Assembly: GCA_964439155.1 (NCBI GenBank)
Contig: CAYTNJ010000002.1
Coordinates: 1-43,847 of the forward strand
Length of the DNA: 43,847 nucleotides
DNA from: an uncultured Candidatus Peribacteria bacterium
Lineage (GTDB): Bacteria > Patescibacteriota > Gracilibacteria > Peribacterales > Peribacteraceae
Direction: 5' to 3'
In this document: piece by piece, positions 1-8,844 of the stretch
How the letters are laid out: the number at the start of each line of letters is the position of its first letter
Position numbering within the stretch: position 1 is the first letter of the stretch
Made by a program: the position numbers and the translations under genes
Notes under the pieces: model-generated
The model's input: the letters and a program-made list of their open reading frames with translations, nothing else
The model's database searches: none
Told to the model about the DNA's origin: nothing

Positions 1-3000
1 GGGCCATGCGCCCCCCCCCCAACCGGCTCTGGTTTGGGGACTTCTCGGCCACGGCCCACCGGAACCAGTCTGGCGGTAAAGGCGGCGTAGGGGGGGGCGG
101 CGGGGGCAAGAACGGCGGCGGGTCGATTTATTACACCTATGCCACCTCGTTCGTTTACGGCCTCTGCGAGGGGGAGATTTCGGGCATTGGCCTGATGTGG
201 AAGGACAAGAACCGGACCACGCCCGCCGAGCAGGGCATGACCGTGATGAACGGCACCTATCCGCAGGCCGCTTGGGGGTACCTCGAAACGAACCACGGCT
301 ATCTGTTCGAGAGCCGCACCATCCCCGCGACGGGGCCTTATACCGTGGCGGCCACTTACAATTTACCGTTTCTTGTCGATAACGGGGTGTTCAGCGAGAT
401 CGAAATGGTCAGCAGCGCGCCCCCTCCGCCTGCGAACAAATACAGCCTGTCGAACCAAGGCAAGACCTACACCTTCAACGCGGCCGACGCTGGAAAGGCC
501 GTGCGCCTGATTTCGGACCTCGATGCCATCGCGCGGCCCGGCTCCCCCGTATTGAACCAGACCCCCGGCGGCGCGCTTGCGGGCGCGACGTATTATGTGC
601 GGAACACCTATGTCACCCCCGACGGCGAGACGACCGGCAGCGCGATTGCTTCGTTCGTGGTGTCCACCAACTTCCTGCTGACCGTCGCAAGCCCCGAGGA
701 ACGACCCGGGATCACCGGCTGGAACGTTTACATCGGCGCGTCGGCCGCCACGCTCAAGCGTCAAAACGCCAGCCCCATCGCCATCGGTGACAACTTCACC
801 GAGGACCCCAGTGGGATCCTGCCGGGCGTGAAGCCGCCCACGACGAACTCGACCGGCGGTTATATCTCGCTCGACGCGACGATCCCCGCGGTCGCTCCCT
901 ACGTTATCAACTGGGACCGGCAGGCCGATGCGGTGTTCCTGCGCAGCGTCGTGTTCACGAAGGTCGGCGGCGCGCCTGCGCTGAATCAATACAGCGTCGA
1001 TAGCAGCGGCGTGTACACCTTCAACAGCGGCAACGCGGGCAATCAGGTCACGGTCAGTTATTCGGCCGGCAACCAGAACCCCGCATTCCAAGCGGTCGGA
1101 TATAACGGCCTCGCGTGGGTTGGCGCCTCGGGCTATGCGCTCGGCCAGAGCCCGAACCTCGGCAACCATAACTTCGAGGTGCTGGGGCTGGGCTATCACT
1201 CTGTCGGCTCCCTGCCCGACGCGGATCCGTCCATCGTCGTGACCGAGTTCCTGTCGAACCCGCAATGGGGCGCAGGCTTCCCTGAAGGCAAAATTGGCGA
1301 CCTGACGACCTATCAGGATTATGTGTGCGCGACGGGTCTGCTGCTCTCCTTCGAATTGACGGCCCAGACCCCCTGCGCCGACGTTCTTGAATCAATCGCG
1401 CTCGTGACCAACAGCGCGTTCGTGTGGTCGGAGTCGACTCTCAAATTGATCCCCTACGGCGACGAAGATGTGACCGGCAACGGCCACACCTATATCGCGC
1501 CCACGGCCCCGCTGTTCGACCTTGACGACGACGACTTCCTGCAGCTGAACGAGGACGACGACCCTATCCGCCTCTCCCGCAAGCGCGCGACGGATGCTAT
1601 TAACTGGCTGCAGATGGAATTCCGCGACCGCGCGAACGATTACAACCCCGGCATGGCCGAGGCGAAGAACCAAGCCTTCATCGACCTCTATGGCCTGCGG
1701 CCGAACCCTGACTCGGCTTCGACGCAGACGCTTTTCGCGGATGCCACGGCCGCGCAGGCTTCCGTCAACCTCATGCTGCAACGCCAGCTGGTCCTGAACA
1801 CATACGAGTTCGACACCGACTTCCGGTATATCGTCCTCGACCCGATGGACATTATCACCATCACGGATCCGGGCTTGGGCCTCGACCGCCAATGGGTGCG
1901 CGTGAAAGAGATCAAGGAGAACGGCGATTTCTCCCTGACCTTCACGGTCGAGGAATTTATGTCGGGTATCGCCAGCGCGCCGGTGTATGCGTTCCAAGAG
2001 AGCAGCGGTTATGCGGCCAACTATAACCAAGACCCCGGCGACGTAAACGAGCCCATCATATTCGAATGCCCGACGCAGCTTGCCACCAACGGCGGCCTTG
2101 AAACGTGGATGGCCGTATCCGGTCCCGAAAATTGGGGCGGCTGCGACGTGTGGATTTCCGCCGACGGTGATACCTATGCGCAGGTCGGCCGCATCAGCGG
2201 TAACACGCGCATGGGCGTGCTGACCCAGCAGCTGCTCGCGGGCGACGATCCCGACCTCGCGCACACGCTGTCCGTGGACCTTTCGCAATCGTTCGGCAAC
2301 CTGATTTCAGGCACGCAGGCGGATGCTGACCAAGGCAACACGCTTTGTTACGTTGACGGGGAGCTGGTCGCCTATGCCAGCGCGAACCTGACGGAGTCAT
2401 ACAGCTATGACCTGACCTATCTGCGGCGCGGCATGTACGGCACGACGAACGAAACGCATGCGGCCGGCACGAAGTTTGCGCGCCTCGATAATCAGGTTTT
2501 TGAATACGGATACGACAAGACGCAGATCGGGCAGACCATCTATATCAAGTTCCTGTCGTTCAACCAGTTCGGCGGCGGCCTGCAGAGCCTTTCGGAAGTG
2601 AGCCCATACGCGCACACCATCATCGGGCCGCCTATCCCCGCCGACGTGACCGGCTTCACGGCGCAGCAGCACGGCGGCACCGTCGGCATGAGCTGGAACC
2701 AGATCCCGAACGATTACGGCCTCAAGGGTTATAACCTGACTTATGGCCCGCAAGGCGGCACGTTCGACGCGTCGGTGTTCTTGACGCAGGCCGAGCGCGG
2801 TACCGAAATGACCAACGCCAGCGTGCCGCCCGGCAGCTGGACATTTTACATCGTCGCGGTCGATATCGCGGATCAGGAAAGCAACACGCCCGCGATGTAC
2901 GATCTGGTCGTCACGAACGAAAACGAGGTGCTGTCGTCGCGAACCTATGCGCCCGACTGGGTTCAAAACGCCTCGCTGCCGATCTCTAACTTCTTCCAGC

Positions 3001-3947
3001 ATTACACCGGCGTGCTGGTACCGCTGTCGGAAAACCTCGCGTCCTCTTACGTCCCGCTGTCGGCCCCCGCCACCCCTGTACTGTCGGAGGAAAGCGGCGG
3101 TACCATGCTGTCCGACACTTATTTCGTCGTGATCACCTATACGACCGACGGCGGAGAAACGCTGCCCTCGGCCGAAGACTCCTTTACGACGACCGACAAC
3201 CATCTTCTGACCGTCGATTCGCCCGCGATATCTGGCAACGCGACCGGCTTCAACGTCTATGTCGGAACGACGACCGGAGTCACGACGCTGCAGACCGCAA
3301 CGCCTATCGGCATCGGGTCAAATTGGACCATGCCCCTGACCGGCCTTGTCGCAGGCGCCTCGCCTCCTGCGATTAACTCCACCGGCTGGGAGGTTTTCGA
3401 CACGTTCGTTCCTGACCCCATTGCGCTCGCGACCTTCACCGGCTCCGACATTGACGAAGGCTTTATTGCGACGTTCCGCGTCTGGGCGACCGCTGCCTTT
3501 GCGCTTGGACCAGGTGAAAGCGGCAACGCGGCCGTTGGGTTCAATCTCGCCATCAGCGACACCGACTTTGCGGGAATTTATGACTTTGAACCTTGGACCA
3601 TCGGGCAGGTGACGACGCGCTATCTCGCGGGGCAGGTATCCTATGCGCCTGTCGCGGGCGCGGTGGCCTATGTGCAAGACCTGACCTTTGTCATTGATGC
3701 GCCTTTGGAAACCGGCACGGCGACGAACGTTGCCATCGGCTCGGGCGGTACCACGATCAACTTCGCGGACTATCCGCAAATGAAAGCAGCGTATCACCTG
3801 CCGCCGAGCGTGCAGGTCACGGTGTCAGGTGGCACCGGCACGTCGGGGGTGGCGATCAACGTCACCACTACCGGCGCGGAGATTCATGTGTACAATGGAA
3901 GTGTCGGCGTTGCTGGCACCACGAACATCACCGTAACGGGGGTCTAA
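1..3947 (+). CDS. Host-specificity / tail-tip protein, distal part of a gene that starts at 43623 and wraps over the window ends (about 1351 aa if circularised)
   Basis: ORF 6..3947 is in frame with 43623..43847 through the 116-nt end overlap. The N-terminal GGKGG...SIYYTYATSFVYGLCEGEISGIGLMWKD resembles lambda J / RcGTA g15-type tip proteins. It follows an NlpC/P60 gene, as in GTA-like tail modules. Confidence 0.85.
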   Translation, partial: AMRPPPNRLWFGDFSATAHRNQSGGKGGVGGGGGGKNGGGSIYYTYATSFVYGLCEGEISGIGLMWKDKNRTTPAEQGMTVMNGTYPQAAWGYLETNHGYLFESRTIPATGPYTVAATYNLPFLVDNGVFSEIEMVSSAPPPPANKYSLSNQGKTYTFNAADAGKAVRLISDLDAIARPGSPVLNQTPGGALAGATYYVRNTYVTPDGETTGSAIASFVVSTNFLLTVASPEERPGITGWNVYIGASAATLKRQNASPIAIGDNFTEDPSGILPGVKPPTTNSTGGYISLDATIPAVAPYVINWDRQADAVFLRSVVFTKVGGAPALNQYSVDSSGVYTFNSGNAGNQVTVSYSAGNQNPAFQAVGYNGLAWVGASGYALGQSPNLGNHNFEVLGLGYHSVGSLPDADPSIVVTEFLSNPQWGAGFPEGKIGDLTTYQDYVCATGLLLSFELTAQTPCADVLESIALVTNSAFVWSESTLKLIPYGDEDVTGNGHTYIAPTAPLFDLDDDDFLQLNEDDDPIRLSRKRATDAINWLQMEFRDRANDYNPGMAEAKNQAFIDLYGLRPNPDSASTQTLFADATAAQASVNLMLQRQLVLNTYEFDTDFRYIVLDPMDIITITDPGLGLDRQWVRVKEIKENGDFSLTFTVEEFMSGIASAPVYAFQESSGYAANYNQDPGDVNEPIIFECPTQLATNGGLETWMAVSGPENWGGCDVWISADGDTYAQVGRISGNTRMGVLTQQLLAGDDPDLAHTLSVDLSQSFGNLISGTQADADQGNTLCYVDGELVAYASANLTESYSYDLTYLRRGMYGTTNETHAAGTKFARLDNQVFEYGYDKTQIGQTIYIKFLSFNQFGGGLQSLSEVSPYAHTIIGPPIPADVTGFTAQQHGGTVGMSWNQIPNDYGLKGYNLTYGPQGGTFDASVFLTQAERGTEMTNASVPPGSWTFYIVAVDIADQESNTPAMYDLVVTNENEVLSSRTYAPDWVQNASLPISNFFQHYTGVLVPLSENLASSYVPLSAPATPVLSEESGGTMLSDTYFVVITYTTDGGETLPSAEDSFTTTDNHLLTVDSPAISGNATGFNVYVGTTTGVTTLQTATPIGIGSNWTMPLTGLVAGASPPAINSTGWEVFDTFVPDPIALATFTGSDIDEGFIATFRVWATAAFALGPGESGNAAVGFNLAISDTDFAGIYDFEPWTIGQVTTRYLAGQVSYAPVAGAVAYVQDLTFVIDAPLETGTATNVAIGSGGTTINFADYPQMKAAYHLPPSVQVTVSGGTGTSGVAINVTTTGAEIHVYNGSVGVAGTTNITVTGV

Positions 3948-3948
3948 A

Positions 3949-5781
3949 ATGACAGTCGGCAAATGGGTACCACCCGTCTTCACCACGCAGGACAGCACGG
4001 CTTATAAGGGAAATATTGACGCGGCATTCGCGGTCGCGGCCCGTCTAGTTGATTGCTTCGCACCCCGCGCGCTCGATACTCCGGTCATGAAGGTGCGCCT
4101 CGATGCTGGTTATGTCTTCGCCGGTACCACCTTAACCGAGGTCGCCGCGCAGGACTCCGCCACCATCACCGCGCCCGTCGGGAACCCCCGCATCGACCGC
4201 ATTGTCGTGGACCGCTTTACCGGCGCGGTTTCGGTTATCACCGGAACCCCCGGCGCTGTTCCCGTCGCGCCTGCCATCACTTCCGGTCAGGTACCTATCG
4301 CGCAGGTGCTTGTGCAGGTCGCCAGCACCACCATCACAAACAGCATGATCACGGACGAGCGCGCGCTGTCGTCTCTCGGCCGTGGCCTCGCGGGCGAACT
4401 GAACATTGGCAACGGCCTGCGCAATGATGGGTCGGGCAACCTCGCCGTTTCGCAGATGGCTGCCAACACGTTCAAGGGCAACAATACGGGCGTCCTCGCA
4501 AACCCGCTGGATCTGACCGTCACGCAGGCCACGGCCATGCTGAACGTCGCGGTCGGTGACAGCGGCTCGGGCGGTACCAAGGGCCTTGTCCCCGCGCCCG
4601 GCGCAGGCGATGCGGCCGCAAACAAGTTCCTCAAGGCGGATATGACCTACGCCACCGCTGGCACGAGCGTCACGCGCAGGACGTGGACCGGCGCGAACGA
4701 CACCATCGTTGCGGGCGACCGCGGCACTTTGGTGGTGTACACCGACACCGTAAACCGGACGCTGGCATTCACGGCGGCCGCTACGCTCGGCAACGGCTTT
4801 TATGTGACGCTGCAAAACGCTGGCACCGGCTATGTCACGCTCAACCCCAACGGCGCGGAACTGATCGACGGCCTGTCCGACTATGTGATGTATCCGGGCG
4901 AGATCCGCCTTGTGATGTGCACAGGCAGCGCGTTCTATTCTCAGGTTTACCACCCGTTTTATTTGCCAATCCTATATGCGGCATCGCCTTTCACCTTTAC
5001 GAAGCCACCCGGATATTTGAACTTTGGTGTGCGACTTGGTGCTGGCGGCGGCGGCGGCGGTCGGGGCGCGGCGTCGGTTTCTGCAGGTGGCGGCGGTGGT
5101 GGTGGATCAACAGAGGTTGTTCTTCTCGCATCTCTTTTTGGCGCGACAGAAATCATCACCATCGGTGCTGGCGGTACCGGCGCAACAGGCGCCAATAGTA
5201 ATGGTGCGGACGGAAACAACACCACGCTCGCATCTCTTGCAACCGCATACGGAGGGGCAGGCGGGGTCGGCAACGGCGGCAGCACCACAAACAATGCCGG
5301 CGGCGGTGGCGGCGGAACGCTATCGAAAGGTGTTGTTTCCACCGGTGGTGACCCGGGAGGCGGTGTCGTCGGTGCGTCTTCAACGCCTGCAACTGGCAGT
5401 TACGGCGGCGGCGGTGGAGCAGGCGTTGGTAGCAACCCAACCGTTCTAGGCGGTCAGGGAGGCAGTTCTTTCTACGGCGGTGGCGGCGGAAGCGGCCCGA
5501 CCAACGGTAACGGCGCGTCGACTCTATTCCGAGGTGGATCCTCTTATTGGGGCGGCGGCGGCGGTAACGGAGCGGCGACCTCGACGGCTATCCCAGCCAC
5601 TACGCCCGGTCAATCCTTGCTGGGTGGTGGTCACGGTGGCCAAGGCGGTGTCGATACGACGGCAGGCACCAACGGAACGTCGGGCGCGAATGGTGGCGGC
5701 GGTGGCGGCGGTGGCGGCGGTGAAGCTGCCAACGGCGGCAACGGCGGCAACGGCTCGGCAGCTGTTTGGGGCTTGATGTAA
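3949..5781 (+). CDS. Tail fibre with glycine-rich C-terminal domain
   Basis: The ATG lies directly after the tip-protein stop. The last 250 or so residues are GGxGG-rich (AGGGGGGRG, GGGGGGGSTEV, GGGGGGGGGGEAANGGNGGNG), as in glycine-rich phage fibre domains. Its position is after the tip protein. Confidence 0.7.
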   Translation: MTVGKWVPPVFTTQDSTAYKGNIDAAFAVAARLVDCFAPRALDTPVMKVRLDAGYVFAGTTLTEVAAQDSATITAPVGNPRIDRIVVDRFTGAVSVITGTPGAVPVAPAITSGQVPIAQVLVQVASTTITNSMITDERALSSLGRGLAGELNIGNGLRNDGSGNLAVSQMAANTFKGNNTGVLANPLDLTVTQATAMLNVAVGDSGSGGTKGLVPAPGAGDAAANKFLKADMTYATAGTSVTRRTWTGANDTIVAGDRGTLVVYTDTVNRTLAFTAAATLGNGFYVTLQNAGTGYVTLNPNGAELIDGLSDYVMYPGEIRLVMCTGSAFYSQVYHPFYLPILYAASPFTFTKPPGYLNFGVRLGAGGGGGGRGAASVSAGGGGGGGSTEVVLLASLFGATEIITIGAGGTGATGANSNGADGNNTTLASLATAYGGAGGVGNGGSTTNNAGGGGGGTLSKGVVSTGGDPGGGVVGASSTPATGSYGGGGGAGVGSNPTVLGGQGGSSFYGGGGGSGPTNGNGASTLFRGGSSYWGGGGGNGAATSTAIPATTPGQSLLGGGHGGQGGVDTTAGTNGTSGANGGGGGGGGGGEAANGGNGGNGSAAVWGLM

Positions 5782-5797
5782 AAGGAAATATTATTTT

Positions 5798-5837
5798 TAT
5801 CGCGCAGAGAACTATTTTGATAATAATCTGCGTGATA
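5798..5837 (+). promoter_or_regulatory. 11-bp inverted repeat (TATCGCGCAGA / TCTGCGTGATA, one G-T pair) with an 18-nt AT-rich loop between the fibre gene and the lysis cassette
   Basis: Read directly. It starts 17 nt after the fibre stop codon in a sharply AT-rich spacer. It could be an attenuator/terminator hairpin or an operator. Confidence 0.4.
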
Positions 5838-5844
5838 GAATAAT
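5817..5844 (+). promoter_or_regulatory. Candidate sigma70-like promoter for the lysis cassette (TTGATA-N16-AATAAT)
   Basis: Hexamers read by eye about 20 nt upstream of the holin ATG, overlapping the right arm of the inverted repeat. The host sigma specificity is unknown. Confidence 0.25.
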
Positions 5845-5864
5845 TTGAATAAGGGAGTCCCGCG

Positions 5865-6146
5865 ATGAGCCTCGAGAAAGAAATAGGCGCCTTGACCGAG
5901 GCGGTGAAAAACCAAAACGAGGTCACGAAAGATCTGACGAAGCTGATTCCAGTCGTCGCCGTCCACCAAGAGAAGCACGACGATTTCGAGGAAAACTGGA
6001 AACCGAAGATCGAGCAGCACGAGAAGAATTTCAACAGGATGGGCGGTATCGTCGCCGTCCTGTCGGTGCTGGGTGGCGGCATCGTGCAGGGAGTGATCCT
6101 GTTGAAGGATTACATTGTCAGCGTTAGCAGCGGCGGGGGGCATTGA
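5865..6146 (+). CDS. Putative holin (single C-terminal TMD)
   Basis: AAGGGAG RBS 7 nt upstream. The 93-aa product has a charged N-terminal helix and a TMD (GGIVAVLSVLGGGIVQGVILL). ATGA overlap with the endolysin gene. Confidence 0.5.
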   Translation: MSLEKEIGALTEAVKNQNEVTKDLTKLIPVVAVHQEKHDDFEENWKPKIEQHEKNFNRMGGIVAVLSVLGGGIVQGVILLKDYIVSVSSGGGH

Positions 6147-6676
6147 TGGCCAACAACGGAAACAAGATCACGGTGGCAGTGTCGGCAGGTGTCTTAGCCT
6201 GCCTTTCTTTTTTCGCCCACGACCCGCAGATTGAAGGCCGCACCTATGTCGCGATTATCCCTGTGCCGGGCGACGTGCCGACCATCTGCGACGGCTTCAC
6301 TAAGGGCGTAAAGATGGGCGACACCGCAACGCCGGCAGAATGCGATCAGCACACGATTGACGAGCTCAAGGTTGCGGAGAGCATCTTCAACGCGGCCGTG
6401 GATCCGAAGGTCGCAGCCACGCTGCACCCTCTCACGCGCGCGGCATATTACTCTTTGATCTACAACGTCGGACCAGGTGAAAAGGGCCGCAAGGATGGTT
6501 TCGTGCGCCTAAAAAACGGCAACCCGTCCACCATGCTGCGCCTGCTGAACGCGGGCGACGTGCGCGCCAGCTGCAACCAGTTCGTGAACTGGGCAAAGTT
6601 CCAAGGGCGAGTGCTCAAGGGCCTCATGACGCGGCGTAAAAAAGAGCAGGCCATGTGCCTAGCGGGGTTGCAGTAA
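6143..6676 (+). CDS. Lysozyme-family endolysin with SAR-like N-terminal anchor
   Basis: The N-terminus ITVAVSAGVLACLSFFA is Ala/Gly/Ser-rich and weakly hydrophobic. It is followed by EGRTY...GDVPTICDGFT, a lysozyme E...C.G.T type motif. Sits between the holin candidate and the spanins. Confidence 0.75.
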   Translation: MMANNGNKITVAVSAGVLACLSFFAHDPQIEGRTYVAIIPVPGDVPTICDGFTKGVKMGDTATPAECDQHTIDELKVAESIFNAAVDPKVAATLHPLTRAAYYSLIYNVGPGEKGRKDGFVRLKNGNPSTMLRLLNAGDVRASCNQFVNWAKFQGRVLKGLMTRRKKEQAMCLAGLQ

Positions 6677-6978
6677 TGTGGACGGCATTGGGGTTCTGGG
6701 GCCAGCTGGCGGCCGTCTCGTTCGTGGTTTGCACGCTCGCCATCGTTCATCACCGCATCGATAAAGGCGGCTATGATCGTGCGATGGCGGAAGTGGCGGC
6801 CGCAGATCAGGCCCGCAAGGACGAGGCGCAGAAACAGATTACCGACATAGGGGAGAAGCATGAAAAGATCCGCACATGGAACCGCGCGCAGGGGGGCTAT
6901 AACGCTCCTGCTAGTCCTCTGGCTGCTGCTGCCGCTGCAAGGCTGCACGCGAACGATAGTAAACCCGCCCGCCGATAA
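6676..6978 (+). CDS. i-spanin (Rz-like)
   Basis: TAATG overlap with the endolysin stop. N-terminal TMD WTALGFWGQLAAVSFVVCTLAIV followed by a charged coiled-coil region. The track ORF 6655..6978 is trimmed to the internal ATG. Confidence 0.7.
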   Translation: MWTALGFWGQLAAVSFVVCTLAIVHHRIDKGGYDRAMAEVAAADQARKDEAQKQITDIGEKHEKIRTWNRAQGGYNAPASPLAAAAAARLHANDSKPARR

Positions 6979-7111
6979 GGCTGGCCAATGCAAGGTTATA
7001 GACCCCGGCGAGGGGCCTTATACGGACGGTGTTGTTGCCGACCTTATCGACAAGCTCGTTGAAAAAATCGAAACCTGCATGGCGCTCCTTGGGTATAATC
7101 TCAATAACTGA
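6860..7111 (+). CDS. o-spanin lipoprotein (Rz1-like), overlapped architecture
   Basis: Signal peptide with lipobox LLPLQGC. Starts inside the i-spanin gene in another frame and extends past it. Confidence 0.75.
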   Translation: MKRSAHGTARRGAITLLLVLWLLLPLQGCTRTIVNPPADKAGQCKVIDPGEGPYTDGVVADLIDKLVEKIETCMALLGYNLNN

Positions 7112-7268
7112 CGGCACGGATCATTGGGTGCCTCCTGCTTACAGGCCGCGCGGCACGATATGTTGCTGCGACTGTGGCTTTCCTATGTGGGGGATCCTCT
7201 CCACGCGCGCCCGCCACACTTGCGAATTTTGCGGCGGCTCGGCCCAGCTGCCTTTCCCCATCGCGCAC

Positions 7269-7299
7269 AAAAAAAGACCGGATGAATTAACACCCGGCC
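7269..7299 (-). terminator. Rho-independent terminator at the end of the minus-strand early arm
   Basis: The minus strand reads GGCCGGG-tgttaattcat-CCGGTC followed by T7. It lies 39 nt downstream of the last early gene, in the convergent gap with the lysis cassette. Confidence 0.55.
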
Positions 7300-7337
7300 T
7301 TGAGTTTGCGAAGCGTCTGCCACATGGCAGGCGGTAA

Positions 7338-7535
7338 CTATTCTGCCTTGAAAAGCACCGAACGTACAGCGCAGTCCTTCGCCTCGAGCAGCTTGCGCAG
7401 CGAAACGGTTTTCTCGGCGTTATCGGGTAGCAGGTCCACCTTGGCAGCCAGTTCATAGAACGGCATGCTCACGGCCTGCAGGTGGTCGGGCAGGTGCTTG
7501 TATTCAAAAAATTGCATCAGGTTATGTCGAGCCAT
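7338..7535 (-). CDS. Hypothetical protein (65 aa)
   Basis: Internal ATG (MARHNLMQFFEYKHLPDHLQ) with an AGGAA RBS. It starts 1 nt after the upstream stop. The track ORF was trimmed. Confidence 0.65.
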   Translation of the reverse strand: MARHNLMQFFEYKHLPDHLQAVSMPFYELAAKVDLLPDNAEKTVSLRKLLEAKDCAVRSVLFKAE

Positions 7536-7536
7536 C

Positions 7537-7806
7537 TTATGCGTTTCCTTTCGCGGTGGTTGTTGCCAGCAGGTGCCGGTCTTCAATCTCTTTTAGCACG
7601 GCCTCCACGTATTTTATAAGCTCCTTCGGGTCGTGGTTCACGGCCTGCGCAGTGTAATAGATGCAGAGCAGTTCTGTCATGGCCAGCATCAGCACCGGCG
7701 CTTTCAGTTCACAGTTGCGCGCGATATGCAGGGCGGCCGTTACAAAAGCGTGCCGCTGGGTTCGGGTGTCTTCATCTTGCGAGAACGCGGTGACGATTTC
7801 GGGCAT
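7537..7806 (-). CDS. Hypothetical protein (89 aa)
   Basis: ATG preceded by AAGGAGG 5 nt upstream. The start lies inside the 3' tail of the methylase gene. Confidence 0.65.
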   Translation of the reverse strand: MPEIVTAFSQDEDTRTQRHAFVTAALHIARNCELKAPVLMLAMTELLCIYYTAQAVNHDPKELIKYVEAVLKEIEDRHLLATTTAKGNA

Positions 7807-8396
7807 TCTTCCTCCTTGAAAAGCCAATGGGTTGTGGGCGGGCCGACGTGCTTGTGATCCCAGACGGCCCACATGAAATTCATCATGCCCCCGCCGGTGG
7901 ATTCAAACTTGCCAGCCTTCTCGGACATAACGCGCCAAGTGAAAATATAGAAGCGCGCGATGGGTGTTCCTCGCCATATCGATTTGCCGCGCCCCTTGCC
8001 AGCCAGATAACTGACCGGCAGGAACATGGCGACCTTGCCGGTGGTCAGGCGCAGGGCATTTTGCACGAAGGCGATGGTATATTTGAACGGCGGGTTCGTG
8101 ATGATATTCGGGGCCAGCGGCTTATGCTCCATCAGGAAGTCCACCCCCGACTGCCCGTATCCGCGCTCCACGAGGTCGGTGCTGATAACCTCGCGGCCGA
8201 TGCCCTCGAGATAGCGGCTTATGTGGCCCATGCCGCACGCGGGCTCCCACAGGCGGCCGATGAAGGTCTCATGGTTAAAAAGAGCGTCTGTCGCCTCGTA
8301 TGGCGTGCTGTAAAAGTGATCCTTCTCCTGCCCCTCGCGGTCAACGGCAACGCCTGTCTTCCGCTGGTTCTTGACGGTGGCGGTGCTCTCCATCAT
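7740..8396 (-). CDS. N6-adenine DNA methyltransferase (motif I before motif IV)
   Basis: EPACGMG (SAM-binding motif I) and ITNPPFK (NPPF catalytic motif IV). ATGA overlap with the upstream gene at 8393..8396. Confidence 0.8.
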   Translation of the reverse strand: MMESTATVKNQRKTGVAVDREGQEKDHFYSTPYEATDALFNHETFIGRLWEPACGMGHISRYLEGIGREVISTDLVERGYGQSGVDFLMEHKPLAPNIITNPPFKYTIAFVQNALRLTTGKVAMFLPVSYLAGKGRGKSIWRGTPIARFYIFTWRVMSEKAGKFESTGGGMMNFMWAVWDHKHVGPPTTHWLFKEEECPKSSPRSRKMKTPEPSGTLL

Positions 8397-8596
8397 GGCA
8401 GGGTGTGGGGGTTGCGGCAGCGGGGGCAGACCGTGCGGTTTTTCGCGCTCCTGCGCCATACGGAATAGATCATGCCGGGCAGCAGGTAACAGCACCACAG
8501 CAGGAATTCGACCCAGCCGTTGCCCGGCATATCCGGTACCACGTCGGTGCCGCAGTTTTTGCAATGCCGCCTTTGCGCCAGATAATATTTTGTCAA
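8393..8596 (-). CDS. Small zinc-ribbon membrane protein (67 aa)
   Basis: CKNCG ... CPRC pairs flank the TMD WVEFLLWCCYLLPGMIYSVW. TTG start with AAGGAGG-N5 and a TTGA overlap with the upstream stop. Confidence 0.6.
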   Translation of the reverse strand: MTKYYLAQRRHCKNCGTDVVPDMPGNGWVEFLLWCCYLLPGMIYSVWRRSAKNRTVCPRCRNPHTLP

Positions 8597-8844
8597 TCTA
8601 TCCTCCTTAAAAATCTCACCGCGTGCCACCGGTCGTAGGTTCTCAAATGGCCGCCTTTTTTTAACCTCTCGTCATAGTCGCTGCGGAACCGCAGGCGGAC
8701 TCTCGTCTTCATGGTCTTCACCACCGTGCCGGTCTTCGGCCGCCATCCACGGTCCCATGTATCGTAAAACTTCGCCCCCAGCGGAAAGCCTTTCAAGTCA
8801 GCCTCCGCAACGTCAAGGCCCAGACCCACGGATTTTCCGACCAC
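8593..8844 (-). CDS. Hypothetical protein (83 aa, GTG start uncertain)
   Basis: Open frame within the coupled early operon. The product does not look like junk. The start codon is not resolved. Confidence 0.5.
   Translation of the reverse strand: MVGKSVGLGLDVAEADLKGFPLGAKFYDTWDRGWRPKTGTVVKTMKTRVRLRFRSDYDERLKKGGHLRTYDRWHAVRFLRRID

Noticed and set aside
363-3203. Long minus-strand ORFs (363..1265, 1392..2288, 2397..3203) antisense to the host-specificity gene
   Set aside because: The translations are Arg/Gly/Ala-rich junk typical of antisense frames in high-GC DNA. The plus-strand gene is continuous and has recognisable motifs.
561-3385. Diversity-generating retroelement targeting the tip protein, suggested by the two similar modules
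   Set aside because: The two modules share only motif-level amino-acid similarity, with no near-identical template/variable DNA repeat pair. No reverse transcriptase motif (YxDD in an RT context) is present in any ORF. The YADD in the ASCH protein is incidental.
4053-5776. Multiple overlapping ORFs in both strands across the glycine-rich fibre region
   Set aside because: GGN repeats keep all frames open. These products (Arg/His/Cys or Pro runs) are by-products of the poly-Gly coding sequence.
7029-7456. ORFs 7029..7337 (+) and 7139..7456 (-) in the convergent gap after the lysis cassette
   Set aside because: They overlap the o-spanin gene or the last early gene, have no RBS, and span the terminator. 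Their Cys/Arg/Pro-rich translations look non-coding.
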